NCBI GenBank assembly: GCA_038870455.1
Contig: JAWCPB010000001.1
Span: 3,734-67,733 of the forward strand
Length of the DNA: 64,000 nucleotides
From: Candidatus Micrarchaeia archaeon
Lineage (GTDB): Archaea; Micrarchaeota; Micrarchaeia; Burarchaeales; JACRGF01
Reading direction: 5' to 3'
Below the pieces are notes generated by a model, which did not search any database, had not been told where the DNA came from, and saw nothing but the letters and a program-made list of their open reading frames with translations. Numbering within the stretch: position 1 is the first letter of the stretch; every line of letters starts with the position of its first letter. This document shows, in pieces, positions 37,978-47,817 of the stretch. A program made the position numbers and the translations under genes.

Positions 37978-38714
37978 CTCGCTGCGGCAGCGCAGTTCTG
38001 CTGGCACTGAGCCTGCTGGTCCGCTGGCAGCAGCGCGCACGCGCTCAAGCACTGCTGCAGAAGACCCTCGCCCGGCGGCTGGCTCTCAGGCGGCGGCTGT
38101 GGCGGCATCAGCCCGCCCAACAGATCCGCATAGCTGCAAACGCTTCCGGGCGTTGCAAACTTTTCATCGCCGAATACATCGGGATTGCACTGGAAGTTCG
38201 TTGGAGGAATGCTCTCAAGCTCGCTGGCGCTTGCCGCCTCAGCCCCTCCGGCTGGCGGCTGCGCGGCCTCCTGTGGTGTCATTCTCAGCCAATCGCAGTT
38301 TTTTCCCATCGCCGCGAACGCCTGCTTCATCTGCGCGCCGACCTGCAGGTACGTCTCGCCGCCCCTCACCACCGTGATAATGGGCTCAGTCATTTCGGGC
38401 GGTCTCGTCTCAGTCCTGAAGTTGCTTCCCCGCAGCCACAGGTTTGTTGTGATGGACCGGCCGCCCTCTGTCGTTGTAACCGTGCATCTCACCGGCATCC
38501 CGAGCGCGACCAACTGCGCAAAACCCATCCCGAGAAGCGACTGCACCTCCGGTTGAGTGGGGACGCTCGGCGCGGGTTGGGCAGGCGTGGCGGGCTGTGC
38601 CGGCTGTGACGGCGTGGGCTGGCCAGGCCCCGAAACATTCTGCTGTGTCGGTGCGCCCTCACATCCTGCAAGAAGCAACATTCCGAAAACAACCAATGCG
38701 GCTACGTATTTCAT
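37974..38714 (-). CDS. secreted lipoprotein-like protein with Pro/Gln-rich linker, hypothetical
   Basis: MKYVAALVVFGMLLLAGCEG signal with lipobox, then a PTPSQPAQPATPAQPAPSVPTQP linker and a Cys-containing C-terminus. Confidence 0.5.
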   Translation of the reverse strand: MKYVAALVVFGMLLLAGCEGAPTQQNVSGPGQPTPSQPAQPATPAQPAPSVPTQPEVQSLLGMGFAQLVALGMPVRCTVTTTEGGRSITTNLWLRGSNFRTETRPPEMTEPIITVVRGGETYLQVGAQMKQAFAAMGKNCDWLRMTPQEAAQPPAGGAEAASASELESIPPTNFQCNPDVFGDEKFATPGSVCSYADLLGGLMPPQPPPESQPPGEGLLQQCLSACALLPADQQAQCQQNCAAAAS

Positions 38715-38775
38715 CAACGCACCCCCTTAACTCTTTTTCATCCATGTTTTTAAGCGTAGCGCACAAACTTTCCAC

Positions 38776-39435
38776 ATGGCAAACAATCATCCAAGCCTGA
38801 GGTTCATTGAAGACGTTCTCCTCGCTTCGTTCGGCGTGGCCATCGCTGCGCGCGGGCTCGCTGAACTCTATTATACTCTTTTCAGAACATTCGCCCTAGC
38901 GAACGACTCTATCCGCATCAGCGAAGCGCTTGGCTGGCTGCTCCCGCCCGCAGGCCTGGCCGCCGCCCACATCAGCGTAGGTGTTGCGGCCGCAGTCATC
39001 GCCGCTAGGACAGGGAAATTCGAGGAAACCTCGTCGCTCGTCACGTCGGCCTTCGTGGCGCGCTTCTGGCCCATCCCGGTTCTTGCGGCCGTGGGGGCAG
39101 TCGTATCGCTTATTCTCGGCATTATTGCCAGGGCGTTCGTCGCCCTCCCGCCCGGCTCTAGGCCAGAGACCTTCCTACTGCCCGCCGCCCTGCTGATCAC
39201 CGGCGGGCTCGGGTGCATGGCCGGAACTTACTTCGGAGTTTATTTCGAGGCCAAGCCGGATGAAGCCAGGAGGCACAGGTGGTTTGCCATCCCGTACGCG
39301 CTCGTGGGAGGATTGGGCGCAGGCCTCGTGCTCGCCAGCCTGGAGCTGGAATCCGCCCCCCTGCTCCTCTCCGGCTCCCTGCTCCTTGGCCTCTTCCTCC
39401 GCTACGCCTTTCTCAACTACCTGCACGGGAAATGA
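38776..39435 (+). CDS. integral membrane protein, hypothetical
   Basis: Six predicted TM helices. No known motif. Confidence 0.45.
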   Translation: MANNHPSLRFIEDVLLASFGVAIAARGLAELYYTLFRTFALANDSIRISEALGWLLPPAGLAAAHISVGVAAAVIAARTGKFEETSSLVTSAFVARFWPIPVLAAVGAVVSLILGIIARAFVALPPGSRPETFLLPAALLITGGLGCMAGTYFGVYFEAKPDEARRHRWFAIPYALVGGLGAGLVLASLELESAPLLLSGSLLLGLFLRYAFLNYLHGK

Positions 39436-39973
39436 GCGCAATCTTCCTGAAGTTCTCCTCCATCCTCCTTCTTATTTTCGGAAACCTCATCCCGGCCGCG
39501 GGATGAAAGGTGGCAAAAAATTTTCTCCCTTCTTTCTCGACAACCTTCCCTGCGACCTCCCCAAGTTTTTTCCCAAGCACATCGGCAACCGCCACTTCCC
39601 CTAATAATATAATCAGTCTCGGGTTCACGGCCTCGATTTGCGCCTTCAGGTAAGAGAGGCACGCGGCCAGCTCGTCAGCCCTCGGCTTCCTGTTCTTCGG
39701 CGGAAAGCACTTTACTGCCGAAGTTATGAATACTCCGCTCCGCTCTATCCCCGCCTTTACCAGCAGTTTATCCAAAAACCTCCCAGCCATTCCCACGAAA
39801 GGCTTTCCGCTCTCGTCTTCTCTCCTGCCCGGCGCTTGTCCCACGAAAAAAAGTTTCGCACCCGCTGGCCCTTCCCCGGGCACGGCCTTTTTCCTTGACT
39901 TGGAGAGCCTGCACAAGGAACACGCCCGAATCTGCCTTGCCAGCTCCTCCAGCCTATTTTCAACCTGCTTCAC
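39413..39973 (-). CDS. udg: uracil-DNA glycosylase, family 4 (Fe-S)
   Basis: CxxC N-terminus, GEGPAGAKLFFVGQAPG (motif A), and HPAA (motif B). Confidence 0.88.
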   Translation of the reverse strand: MKQVENRLEELARQIRACSLCRLSKSRKKAVPGEGPAGAKLFFVGQAPGRREDESGKPFVGMAGRFLDKLLVKAGIERSGVFITSAVKCFPPKNRKPRADELAACLSYLKAQIEAVNPRLIILLGEVAVADVLGKKLGEVAGKVVEKEGRKFFATFHPAAGMRFPKIRRRMEENFRKIALISRAGS

Positions 39974-40413
39974 GCAACTCCACCATGTTTCAAAAAACTA
40001 TTAGATTTTTCTAATAATCTTTTTGCATTTTCAAAAGTAAGCTTCTCCAAAGCCTTTTTGAAAGGCAGCCACTCAAAACCAATATGCTCAAAAGAAAGCT
40101 TGACCTCCTTTTGTTTTGTCTCAGCGAGCTGGAAATAAACAGTCTTGGCAACCGTTTTTCCTTCTCTTCTAAAAAAATATTTGAGCTTCTCGCGAAAACC
40201 CGGAACAAATTCCACATCAGTTATTCCAGTTTCCTCCGCGATCTCCCTCCTCGCCGTCTCCTCTACGCTCTCGCCTTTTTCAATCTTCCCCTTTGGAAAA
40301 TCCCAATGCCCTTCTTCATAATGCAGGATGAGGTAGAGGATCTGCCCACCTTCTCTCCTGAAGACAATCGCGCCTGAAGAAAACTCGAGCGGCACGTTGC
40401 TCTTTTGATTCAT
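39970..40413 (-). CDS. NUDIX hydrolase
   Basis: Nudix box GKIEKGESVEETARREIAEETG. Markedly AT-rich relative to its surroundings. Confidence 0.85.
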   Translation of the reverse strand: MNQKSNVPLEFSSGAIVFRREGGQILYLILHYEEGHWDFPKGKIEKGESVEETARREIAEETGITDVEFVPGFREKLKYFFRREGKTVAKTVYFQLAETKQKEVKLSFEHIGFEWLPFKKALEKLTFENAKRLLEKSNSFLKHGGVA

Positions 40414-40568
40414 AACTTTTAAATTCCTGGATGTCCGCGCTGACAGAAAGTTAGGAAGCTTTTAACACCACTTCAGTAAACTCATTATCAAGTCTGGTTT
40501 TTTCAAAACTTCTTATGGTTCACTGCTACAGTGTTAAGCGGGTTTTATGGCACGTGGAAGCACGCTTA

Positions 40569-41855
40569 TCAGGTGTTTGAGCTTAAAGATGGGCAATGTC
40601 CTTTAATTAGTTTACTGATACGGTATTCCCAGGCACATTCAATAAAACGAGCTATAATTATTGCGGAGTTTTGAATGGCCCGTGGAACGAGTACGTTTGC
40701 CTGCTTAAAGCATTCCTCATCGCTTAATTTTCCAATTTTATTTTGATACGGATCAGTGCCGGGCACATCAACGCTCCTGAACTCTTGCGTCTCTCTTGCC
40801 ATATTGTCAACAAAATCAGCGAGTTTTTCCATAGCATTCTCCCAAGTCCAGCTGGGGTTCTCTTTCGGCGGTTCTAGGGGACCGCTATCCCAAATAGTTA
40901 TGTTCATTTTTCCCCTTCCGCGCCTAATATCAGGATAATCCCTCTTCTTTAGCCATTGCTCGAGCGAATCGAGTTTTCCAAAAAATACCGTTGGACCATG
41001 AACATCATTGTGCACATGGGCGGGCACGTGGAGATCGGCTATAAGATGGAGGATGTGGCCGAGCACGCAAAAGGCCTCTGACTTTTCGCCATTCGCATAC
41101 AGTTCCATCCCCCAATGCCAGAAAATTTTTATCCTGTCAAGCGCGCTCTGGAATCTGATTTCTCCATTTTGAATGTTCAGTCCCCTGTCTCCCTCGGCGC
41201 GCATAGGATCGTAGAAGTGACCCATGTACGGTCTGTTGATGGGATCGGCTTCAATCGCCTCACCTACCATTTTCTTCCATAATTTAGCAATACCCATAAA
41301 AATTCCTTGAAGCGGGCCGATCTTCTGGTTCAAATAGCGCTGAGCAAATTCTCTACCACTTTTGAAAGGCTCAGATGGTGCCTTAACAAACAGATCCTCA
41401 AGCTTCTCACCGGGTCTGAAAATGTAGTCCTCTGCCAGCGCACCCACCATTATCTGCCAGGTGTGCTCAATGGCTTCTGGCTTGCCACTCAGTTTGGCAG
41501 CGTGAAAGGCTATGTACTCGTGGCAGGCTCCGTCAGCATGGCGAAGTTTTGCCACTTCCCGCTGAGCCGCGAAAATGTTGTATGGAGGAATTTCCTGCCA
41601 TTTCGCAATCTTTCTGCTCAATCCATCTGGCAGTGGGCCCGTGCTAAATTTCAACACTGAAGTGAGAGGTCGGCTTTCAACCTCAACAAGGGGAAGGCAT
41701 TTTGCAAATGCGTGCGCTGGCTGAAGGGAAGGTGGAAAGAGTCTATCAAAAACTTGGTTAATCTTTCCAACAAAGTTTTCGAATTTTCTATTTACTTTCT
41801 GTTTGGCCTCCCCCCTCATGAAATTATTTTTCTCGCCAGAGTATTTAAAGGACAT
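40569..41855 (-). CDS. zinc-dependent phospholipase C-like protein
   Basis: Motifs GHFYDP and HILHLIADLHVPAHVHND resemble the Zn-coordinating H/D residues of bacterial PLC/alpha-toxin N-domain (DHFWDPD, HYFGDIDTPYH). Lower GC than the neighbouring genes. Confidence 0.5.
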   Translation of the reverse strand: MSFKYSGEKNNFMRGEAKQKVNRKFENFVGKINQVFDRLFPPSLQPAHAFAKCLPLVEVESRPLTSVLKFSTGPLPDGLSRKIAKWQEIPPYNIFAAQREVAKLRHADGACHEYIAFHAAKLSGKPEAIEHTWQIMVGALAEDYIFRPGEKLEDLFVKAPSEPFKSGREFAQRYLNQKIGPLQGIFMGIAKLWKKMVGEAIEADPINRPYMGHFYDPMRAEGDRGLNIQNGEIRFQSALDRIKIFWHWGMELYANGEKSEAFCVLGHILHLIADLHVPAHVHNDVHGPTVFFGKLDSLEQWLKKRDYPDIRRGRGKMNITIWDSGPLEPPKENPSWTWENAMEKLADFVDNMARETQEFRSVDVPGTDPYQNKIGKLSDEECFKQANVLVPRAIQNSAIIIARFIECAWEYRISKLIKGHCPSLSSNT

Positions 41856-41870
41856 CCATGATTATAGTGC

Positions 41871-42437
41871 ATGAAGAACTTGCTCATAGTGCTGGCCGTG
41901 CTTCCGCTCGCCGGCGCTTCCGTGAGCGATGTGAAATTTTCGTTCATTGACAGCAGTGGAAACAAGGTTGATTTTTACCCGGCTGGTTATTCTGGAAAAG
42001 TTTCGGTCAGGGCTGAAATCAGCGACGCGGCGTATCCCGAGTGGGTGGCTGGCGAGGTGAGATATACCTTAAGGTGCGAACTCATTGACCAGAATGGAAC
42101 CAGGCTCAGGCTTCCGGAGGCGATGATTGGATGCATTGCCATCAGCGGGCCCGGTGTGTTGAAAAACTGCAGGAAGGAAGTCTCTTTCGAATTCAGGGCC
42201 GAATACGTGAAAGGCGGGAGCGTGGAATGCTTTCTTGACGAGCAAAAGGCTTTTTCGAGCACTATCCCGTTTGCGCAGTTTGTCTCCCAGCCGCCCGTAC
42301 AGCCTCCAGCACAGCCGGCCGTACAGCCTCCGGCTCAATATCAAACGCAGCAGGGACCGGTCTGCTGTGCTGGCATAGGCCTGCTACTCCTCGGGTTGTT
42401 TTTGCTTTGTTCCGGGGAGGTGGATTGTCCTTCCTAA
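41871..42437 (+). CDS. secreted protein with C-terminal hydrophobic anchor, hypothetical
   Basis: Signal peptide LPLAGAS, a PPVQPPAQPAVQPPAQ linker, and a C-terminal TM. ~54-nt convergent overlap with lpdA. Confidence 0.45.
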   Translation: MKNLLIVLAVLPLAGASVSDVKFSFIDSSGNKVDFYPAGYSGKVSVRAEISDAAYPEWVAGEVRYTLRCELIDQNGTRLRLPEAMIGCIAISGPGVLKNCRKEVSFEFRAEYVKGGSVECFLDEQKAFSSTIPFAQFVSQPPVQPPAQPAVQPPAQYQTQQGPVCCAGIGLLLLGLFLLCSGEVDCPS

Positions 42438-43760
42438 AGCGTCCTCGACCGCCTCCTTGAAGGCTTCGGGGAGCGTGGGGTGCGCGTGAATCGTTGAAGC
42501 GACGTCCTCTGCTTTCGCTTTGAGTTTGATCGCCAATGCGGCTTCGGCGATGAGCTCGCTGGCGTGGGCGCCGACGATAAGCGCGCCGCACAACACGCTC
42601 TTTTTGATGAAGACTTTCACAAAACCCATTTTTTCACCTATGCATGCGGCCTTGCTGCTCGCTGCGAAAGGAAACCTCCCCACCAAAACGCCGGTTTTTT
42701 CCTCGGTTTTGCCGACGCGCGCGATCTCGGGCTGGGTGAAAATGCAGGCAGGCAGCACGACCGAGTCAAAGGTTGTTTGCTCCCCCATGATGTTCTCCGC
42801 GGCGACTACTCCCTGTGCGCTGGCTTCGTGCGCGAGCCTTCCACCCGCGGCATCGCCAATGGCATAGATGTTTGGAATGTTTGTCTGCATGCGCGCGTTC
42901 GTTTTGATCCCCCGCCCGTCGAATGCCACACCAACCGCCCGCAAGCTCGCCTCGTCGATATCTGGCTTTCTGCCGATGGCCACGAGAATCTTCTCAGCCT
43001 CCACTTTCTCTCCGCCAGCAATGATCGTTTCTCCATCAATTTTCTCGACTCTTTTTCCCAACACAAAATGCACGCCCGCGCGCTTGAGGGAGTTGAAGAG
43101 AAGCTGGGAGGCTTCAGCGTCCTCGAAAGGGAGAATGCTGTCGGCCATCTCAATGACCGTCGTCTTCACGCCGAGCGCGCTGAACGCGCACGCGAACTCA
43201 ACACCTTCAACTCCGCCGCCGATGACTGCGATGGACTCCGGCTTCTCGCTTAGGCTCCATATTGTTTCGCTCGAGAGAATGTTTCCGCCGAAGCGGGCGA
43301 AAGGAAGCTCGGTGGGCAGCGAGCCTGTTGCGATGACAATATTATTTGTTTGAAGCTGCCTGCCTGCGGCTGCGACAGTGTTTCTTGACTTGATAACGCC
43401 GGTTCCTTGAATTATTTCGACGCCGTTGCTCTGGAGGAGGAGCTCTACGCCTTTCGAGAGGCTGGCCGCGATGGCACTCGCGCGCTTCATGGTTGCAGCA
43501 AAATCAACGGAGGCCGTTGCGTTGATGCCGAATGCCTTTGCCCTGCCTATTTTTTCGGCGAGCTCCGCCGATGCGAGCAGGGCTTTTGTGGGAATGCAGC
43601 CCGTGTTTGTGCAGGTTCCGCCCAGCTTCGCCCTTTCCACGAGCGCGACCTTTCCGCCGAGCTGTGCGGCGCGAATGGCGCAGACATACCCGCCCGGCCC
43701 TCCGCCGACCACGACGGCGTCAAAAGGCAAGGCCTCACCTGTTAGACCCTGTTCAGCCAC
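42384..43760 (-). CDS. lpdA: dihydrolipoyl dehydrogenase (E3 / glycine-cleavage L-protein)
   Basis: FAD motif VVGGGPGGY, redox-active disulfide GGTCTNTGCIPTK, NAD-binding motif (GGGVEGVE), and C-terminal HAHPT...E. Confidence 0.92.
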   Translation of the reverse strand: MAEQGLTGEALPFDAVVVGGGPGGYVCAIRAAQLGGKVALVERAKLGGTCTNTGCIPTKALLASAELAEKIGRAKAFGINATASVDFAATMKRASAIAASLSKGVELLLQSNGVEIIQGTGVIKSRNTVAAAGRQLQTNNIVIATGSLPTELPFARFGGNILSSETIWSLSEKPESIAVIGGGVEGVEFACAFSALGVKTTVIEMADSILPFEDAEASQLLFNSLKRAGVHFVLGKRVEKIDGETIIAGGEKVEAEKILVAIGRKPDIDEASLRAVGVAFDGRGIKTNARMQTNIPNIYAIGDAAGGRLAHEASAQGVVAAENIMGEQTTFDSVVLPACIFTQPEIARVGKTEEKTGVLVGRFPFAASSKAACIGEKMGFVKVFIKKSVLCGALIVGAHASELIAEAALAIKLKAKAEDVASTIHAHPTLPEAFKEAVEDALGRTIHLPGTKQKQPEE

Positions 43761-44461
43761 TCCTCCGTGGCGTATTTGGTCTCTGCCAGCTCAGCCGCCC
43801 TTTCAAGTTCTTCTTTCGTGGGCTTGCTGGGCTCGAGCTGCGCGCCGAAGTGCGAGGAGAAGCCCCTTTTCAGCGCTTCCGCGACTTCTCCGAATTCCCT
43901 GTCCAGGCCGGTCACGCGCTCCTTCACGTTCTGGATGAGCTTGCCCCTCATCTTCTCATCGGGAACCTTGAGGAGGGAAAACATTTTCTCCACATCAACT
44001 TTCAGGAGAATCGTCCCGTGCTGGAGGAGAACTCCCTTTCTCCTCGTCTGTGCATTGCCGGAGAATTTCCTTCCGTTGCAGACCAGGTCGTTCAGGGGAA
44101 CGAACTGGCCTTGAACGCCGATGCCGGCCAAGCCTTTAAGGATGGCGTCGCACACAAGGCGATACGACGCGCGGATGTCAGCCGGATAGCTGCGGGTGAT
44201 GAATGAGTAAGTGAGTTCTGCGTCGTGGAAAACCGCTCCCCCACCAGTAATCCTTCTGACGACATCGACTCCAAGTTCTTCGCACTTTGCCACATCAACC
44301 TCTTCGGAAAGCCTCTGGAAATAGCCTATGGAGACAGCGGGCGGGTTCCACGCGTAAAGGCGCAGCGAAGGAACGTCGCCCGCCTGTTCCATCATGGCCT
44401 CGTCAAGCGCCATGTTCCAGAAGGCGTCATGCGAGCCTGTTTCGAGGAGCCTGATTCTCAA
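43742..44461 (-). CDS. lplA: lipoate-protein ligase A, catalytic N-terminal domain (LplA-N)
   Basis: RIRLLETGSHDAFWNMALDEAMM... and the K-containing RRITGGGAVFHD region of LplA. Probable TTG start 4 nt after the lplA-C stop. The ORF-track start at 44518 would overlap the upstream gene. Confidence 0.8.
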   Translation of the reverse strand: MRIRLLETGSHDAFWNMALDEAMMEQAGDVPSLRLYAWNPPAVSIGYFQRLSEEVDVAKCEELGVDVVRRITGGGAVFHDAELTYSFITRSYPADIRASYRLVCDAILKGLAGIGVQGQFVPLNDLVCNGRKFSGNAQTRRKGVLLQHGTILLKVDVEKMFSLLKVPDEKMRGKLIQNVKERVTGLDREFGEVAEALKRGFSSHFGAQLEPSKPTKEELERAAELAETKYATEEWLNRV

Positions 44462-44465
44462 TGCA

Positions 44466-44738
44466 TCACCTGCAGGCGGCCAGCACGGCCTGCGCCAGCT
44501 GCGCCGCATCAAACCCATACGCTTCCACGCCCGGGCGCTGGAGAAAGGCCTCCGCCTTTTTCTTTATTTCCTCCTCGTTCACAGGCGTTCCCTCAAGCGC
44601 CTTCTCCAGCTCGGCGATGGCGTCCTCTGGGTAGAAAAAGAAGTCTCCAGTGATTTTAATGCGGCGAATGACCTCGTCGAACTCCACGAAAATCTTGAGG
44701 AGTTTGCCTGCCTTGAAAACGCCCTTTCCACTCCTCAT
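44466..44738 (-). CDS. lplB: lipoate-protein ligase A, C-terminal accessory domain (LplA-C/LplB), separately encoded
   Basis: 90 aa. [18 protein letters not shown] resembles the stand-alone LplA C-domain seen in Thermoplasma-type split LplA. Confidence 0.7.
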   Translation of the reverse strand: MRSGKGVFKAGKLLKIFVEFDEVIRRIKITGDFFFYPEDAIAELEKALEGTPVNEEEIKKKAEAFLQRPGVEAYGFDAAQLAQAVLAACR

Positions 44739-46144
44739 CCCACCTCACCCTGCCATCTGAGGTTCGGCTGTCTCGCCGCGAGCACGCCGTCAAGCCTCCC
44801 AACAGGCGTGGTCTGTGGAGCTTGCCTGAGCAGCTCCGGGTTTGATTCAGCCTCCTGCGCTATTTTAATCATCGCATCCGCGAACGCGTCGAGCGTTGCC
44901 CTGCTCTCGGTTTCGGTTGGCTCAATCATGAGCGCTTCTTTTACAATGAGCGGGAAATAGATTGTGGGCGCATGGAAGCCATAGTCGAGCAGCCTCTTCG
45001 CGATGTCCATGGTGTGAATTCCTTTCGCGGCCTGCTTTTCTCCCGAGAGCACAAACTCGTGGCAGCACACCCTGTCGAAAGGAGGCGCGTAGTGGTTCTT
45101 GAGTTTTTGCAGGAGGTAGTTTGCGTTTAGGATGGAGGCTTCGCCTGCTTCCTTCAGCCTCGGGCCCAGCGCGCGGATGTACGCGTATGCCCTGACCATC
45201 ACGCCGAAGTTTCCCCAGAACGAGCGGACTTTGCCGATGGAGTCGGGCTTCCTGTAATCGAATGCGAATCTGTCGCCTTTCCTGACTATGCGGGGAACAG
45301 GCAGGTATTTTTCAAGCTCTGCTTTCACTCCGATGGGGCCCGAGCCCGGCCCTCCGCCTCCGTGCGGAGTGGAGAAGGTCTTGTGGAGATTGACGTGAAT
45401 CAAGTCAAACCCCTGGTCGCCCGGCCTGGTAAGGCCGAGCATGGCATTGAGGTTCGCTCCGTCGCAGTAGAAGAGAGCGCCCGCCTCATGCAGGATGCGC
45501 GCGATTTCCGAAATGTTCTCGTCAAAGAGGCCGAGCGTGTTCGGGTTTGTCAGCATAAGCATGGCGGTGTCGCCGTCAACGATGCGTTTCAGCTCAGCGA
45601 TGTCCACCCCACCCCTGGCATCGCTCTTCACGGTGACGACCGCGAACCCGCACGTGGCGGCCGAGGCCGGATTGGTGCCGTGCGCGCTGTCCGGCAGGAT
45701 GACCTTGCTTCTTTTTCCATTGAAGTGCTTTTTCGCAATCATGCAGGCGGTGAGCTCGCCGTGCGCGCCCGCGGCCGGCTGAAGCGAGAATGCGTCCATG
45801 CCGGTGATTTCGCAGAGATAACGCTCGAGCTCCCACATCAACTCAAGCGCGCCCTGGACTGTTTCTTCAGGCGCGAGCGGGTGGAGGCCGGAAAAGCCGG
45901 GCAGGCGGCAGGCGTCTTCATTGATTTTGGGATTGTATTTCATCGTGCAGGAGCCGAGGGGATAGAAGCCCGAATCCACGCCGTAGTTTTTCTGCGAAAG
46001 AGCCAGGTAGTGGCGGATCACATCGACTTCGCCGGCCTCAGGCATGGGGAGCTTTTCCCGCAGGAGTTCCTTCGGCAGATCAACTTCGTCCGCTTCTGGA
46101 ACGTGCTCGGCCGGCTTGCTCTTCAGTTCGAACAGGAGCTTCAT
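44735..46144 (-). CDS. gcvPB: glycine dehydrogenase (decarboxylating) subunit 2 (P-protein C-terminal half)
   Basis: PLP region [18 protein letters not shown]. 469 aa. Confidence 0.93.
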   Translation of the reverse strand: MKLLFELKSKPAEHVPEADEVDLPKELLREKLPMPEAGEVDVIRHYLALSQKNYGVDSGFYPLGSCTMKYNPKINEDACRLPGFSGLHPLAPEETVQGALELMWELERYLCEITGMDAFSLQPAAGAHGELTACMIAKKHFNGKRSKVILPDSAHGTNPASAATCGFAVVTVKSDARGGVDIAELKRIVDGDTAMLMLTNPNTLGLFDENISEIARILHEAGALFYCDGANLNAMLGLTRPGDQGFDLIHVNLHKTFSTPHGGGGPGSGPIGVKAELEKYLPVPRIVRKGDRFAFDYRKPDSIGKVRSFWGNFGVMVRAYAYIRALGPRLKEAGEASILNANYLLQKLKNHYAPPFDRVCCHEFVLSGEKQAAKGIHTMDIAKRLLDYGFHAPTIYFPLIVKEALMIEPTETESRATLDAFADAMIKIAQEAESNPELLRQAPQTTPVGRLDGVLAARQPNLRWQGEVG

Positions 46145-47412
46145 GCAACCGCCTTCTCGACCACCGCAACAAATTCGTCGATGTCCGCGCTGGTCGTGGT
46201 TTCAGTTGCGCACAGCAGCCACTCCCGCCTGCCGAGCGGAATCCCTCCGAGCATGCCTTTCTTCAGCAGAGCTTTGTTGAGTTTCTTTGGCGAGACGGGC
46301 GTGCTGGCCGCAAACTCGTTGTAAAAAGGCTTGTCATGGAGGAGGGCGAAGCCGAGGGAGGCAAGCCTGCTCTGGAGCTCGTGCGCTCTCTTGAAGGAAA
46401 GCGCGGCAACCCTTTGGAGACCGCTTTTTCCGAGGAGAGCCAGGTAAATCGTTGCGGCGAGCGTGTTGAGCGCGTGATTGGTGCAGATGTTTGAAGTCGC
46501 CCTCTCCCTCCTGATGTGCTGCTCCCTCGCCTGCAGGGTGAGGATGAAGCCCCTCTGCCCTCTTGAATCGACAGTCATCCCGGCAAGCCTTCCTGGCATC
46601 TTCTTTACGTGCTCGCTCCTCACCGCCATGAAAGCACCGTAGGGGCCTCCGAAATTCAACCCGTTGCCAAAGGCCTGCAGCTCTCCGACAACAATATCCG
46701 CGCCATAGTCCCCCGGGGGCTTGAGGAGCGCGAGCGAAGTCGGGTCAGAGACCGCCACAACCAAAAGCGCGCCCGCCGCGTGTGCGGCTTCAGCGAATTC
46801 ATCCACCCTCTCAATGCAGCCGAAGTAATTCGGATTCTGAACAATCGCGCATGCGGTTTTTTCTGAAATCTTTTTTCCAATCCTGAAGCCGCATGATTTC
46901 GCATATGTTCTCAGCGTCTTTTCGTATTCCGGGTTCAGCGGGTTGGCGATGAACGCCTCGCGCCTGCCCGTTTCCGAGCGCGAGAGGAAAAAGGCTTCGG
47001 CGAGCGCAGAGCCGGTCTCGTAGAGGCCTGCGTTTGCGGCGTCCATGCCGGTGAGCAGACAGATCAGAGTCTGGAATTCGTAGATTGCCTGGAGAGTCCC
47101 CTGGCTGACCTCCGGCTGGTATGGTGTATAAGCGGTGTAGAATTCTCCCCTGAGGAGAAGGTGATTGACTGCGGAAGGAATGTAATGATTATAGGCCCCC
47201 CCTCCACGGAAAACCCGCAGGAGCTTGTTCTTCTCACTCAGGGCCTTCATATGGCTTGCGAGCTCCAGCTCGCTCATCGGCTGCGGGAGGTCGAGTGGCC
47301 TGTTAAGCAAGGGAGCGAGCCCTGCTTTCTGGATGAGCTCATTCACGCTCGCCGCGCCAACTGCAGAGAGCATGGCGCGTTTGTCTTCTTCGGTCAGGGG
47401 AATGAAGTTCAT
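46141..47412 (-). CDS. gcvPA: glycine dehydrogenase (decarboxylating) subunit 1 (P-protein N-terminal half)
   Basis: 423 aa. Typical GcvPA N-terminus [13 protein letters not shown]...YTPYQPE. Confidence 0.92.
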   Translation of the reverse strand: MNFIPLTEEDKRAMLSAVGAASVNELIQKAGLAPLLNRPLDLPQPMSELELASHMKALSEKNKLLRVFRGGGAYNHYIPSAVNHLLLRGEFYTAYTPYQPEVSQGTLQAIYEFQTLICLLTGMDAANAGLYETGSALAEAFFLSRSETGRREAFIANPLNPEYEKTLRTYAKSCGFRIGKKISEKTACAIVQNPNYFGCIERVDEFAEAAHAAGALLVVAVSDPTSLALLKPPGDYGADIVVGELQAFGNGLNFGGPYGAFMAVRSEHVKKMPGRLAGMTVDSRGQRGFILTLQAREQHIRRERATSNICTNHALNTLAATIYLALLGKSGLQRVAALSFKRAHELQSRLASLGFALLHDKPFYNEFAASTPVSPKKLNKALLKKGMLGGIPLGRREWLLCATETTTSADIDEFVAVVEKAVA

Positions 47413-47423
47413 GGCAAAAACCG

Positions 47424-47798
47424 TTAGTGCTGAGGTGCGCTCTTCGTGTATTCTTCGTACGCCTTTTCATCCATCAGCTTGTCGAGTTCTTTGAGGTTGG
47501 CCGGCTTGAGCTTGACCATCCAGCCCTTCTCGTACGGGGATTGATTGACCAGTTGGGGAGCAGTGAGCAGCTCGGAATTCACCTCGACTACCTCCCCGGA
47601 TACCGGAGCGTATACGTCGCTGCTCGCCTTCATGGAATCGACAACAGCGATGGAATCGCCCTGTTTGAACTTGGCGCCGACCTTCGGGAGCTCGAGCGAG
47701 ACGATGTCGCCCAAGGCCTTTTGGGCGAAGTCCGTGATTCCGACAAACGCAAGCCCTTCCTTGATTTCCACCCACTCGTGTTCTTTGGTGAATCTCAT
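47424..47798 (-). CDS. gcvH: glycine cleavage system H protein
   Basis: Lipoyl-lysine motif SMKASSDVYAPVSGEVVEVN. ATG at 47798 preceded by GGAGG. The ORF-track start at 47831 is the alternative. Confidence 0.88.
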   Translation of the reverse strand: MRFTKEHEWVEIKEGLAFVGITDFAQKALGDIVSLELPKVGAKFKQGDSIAVVDSMKASSDVYAPVSGEVVEVNSELLTAPQLVNQSPYEKGWMVKLKPANLKELDKLMDEKAYEEYTKSAPQH

Positions 47799-47817
47799 CC
47801 TACTCGCCTCCCAACAC

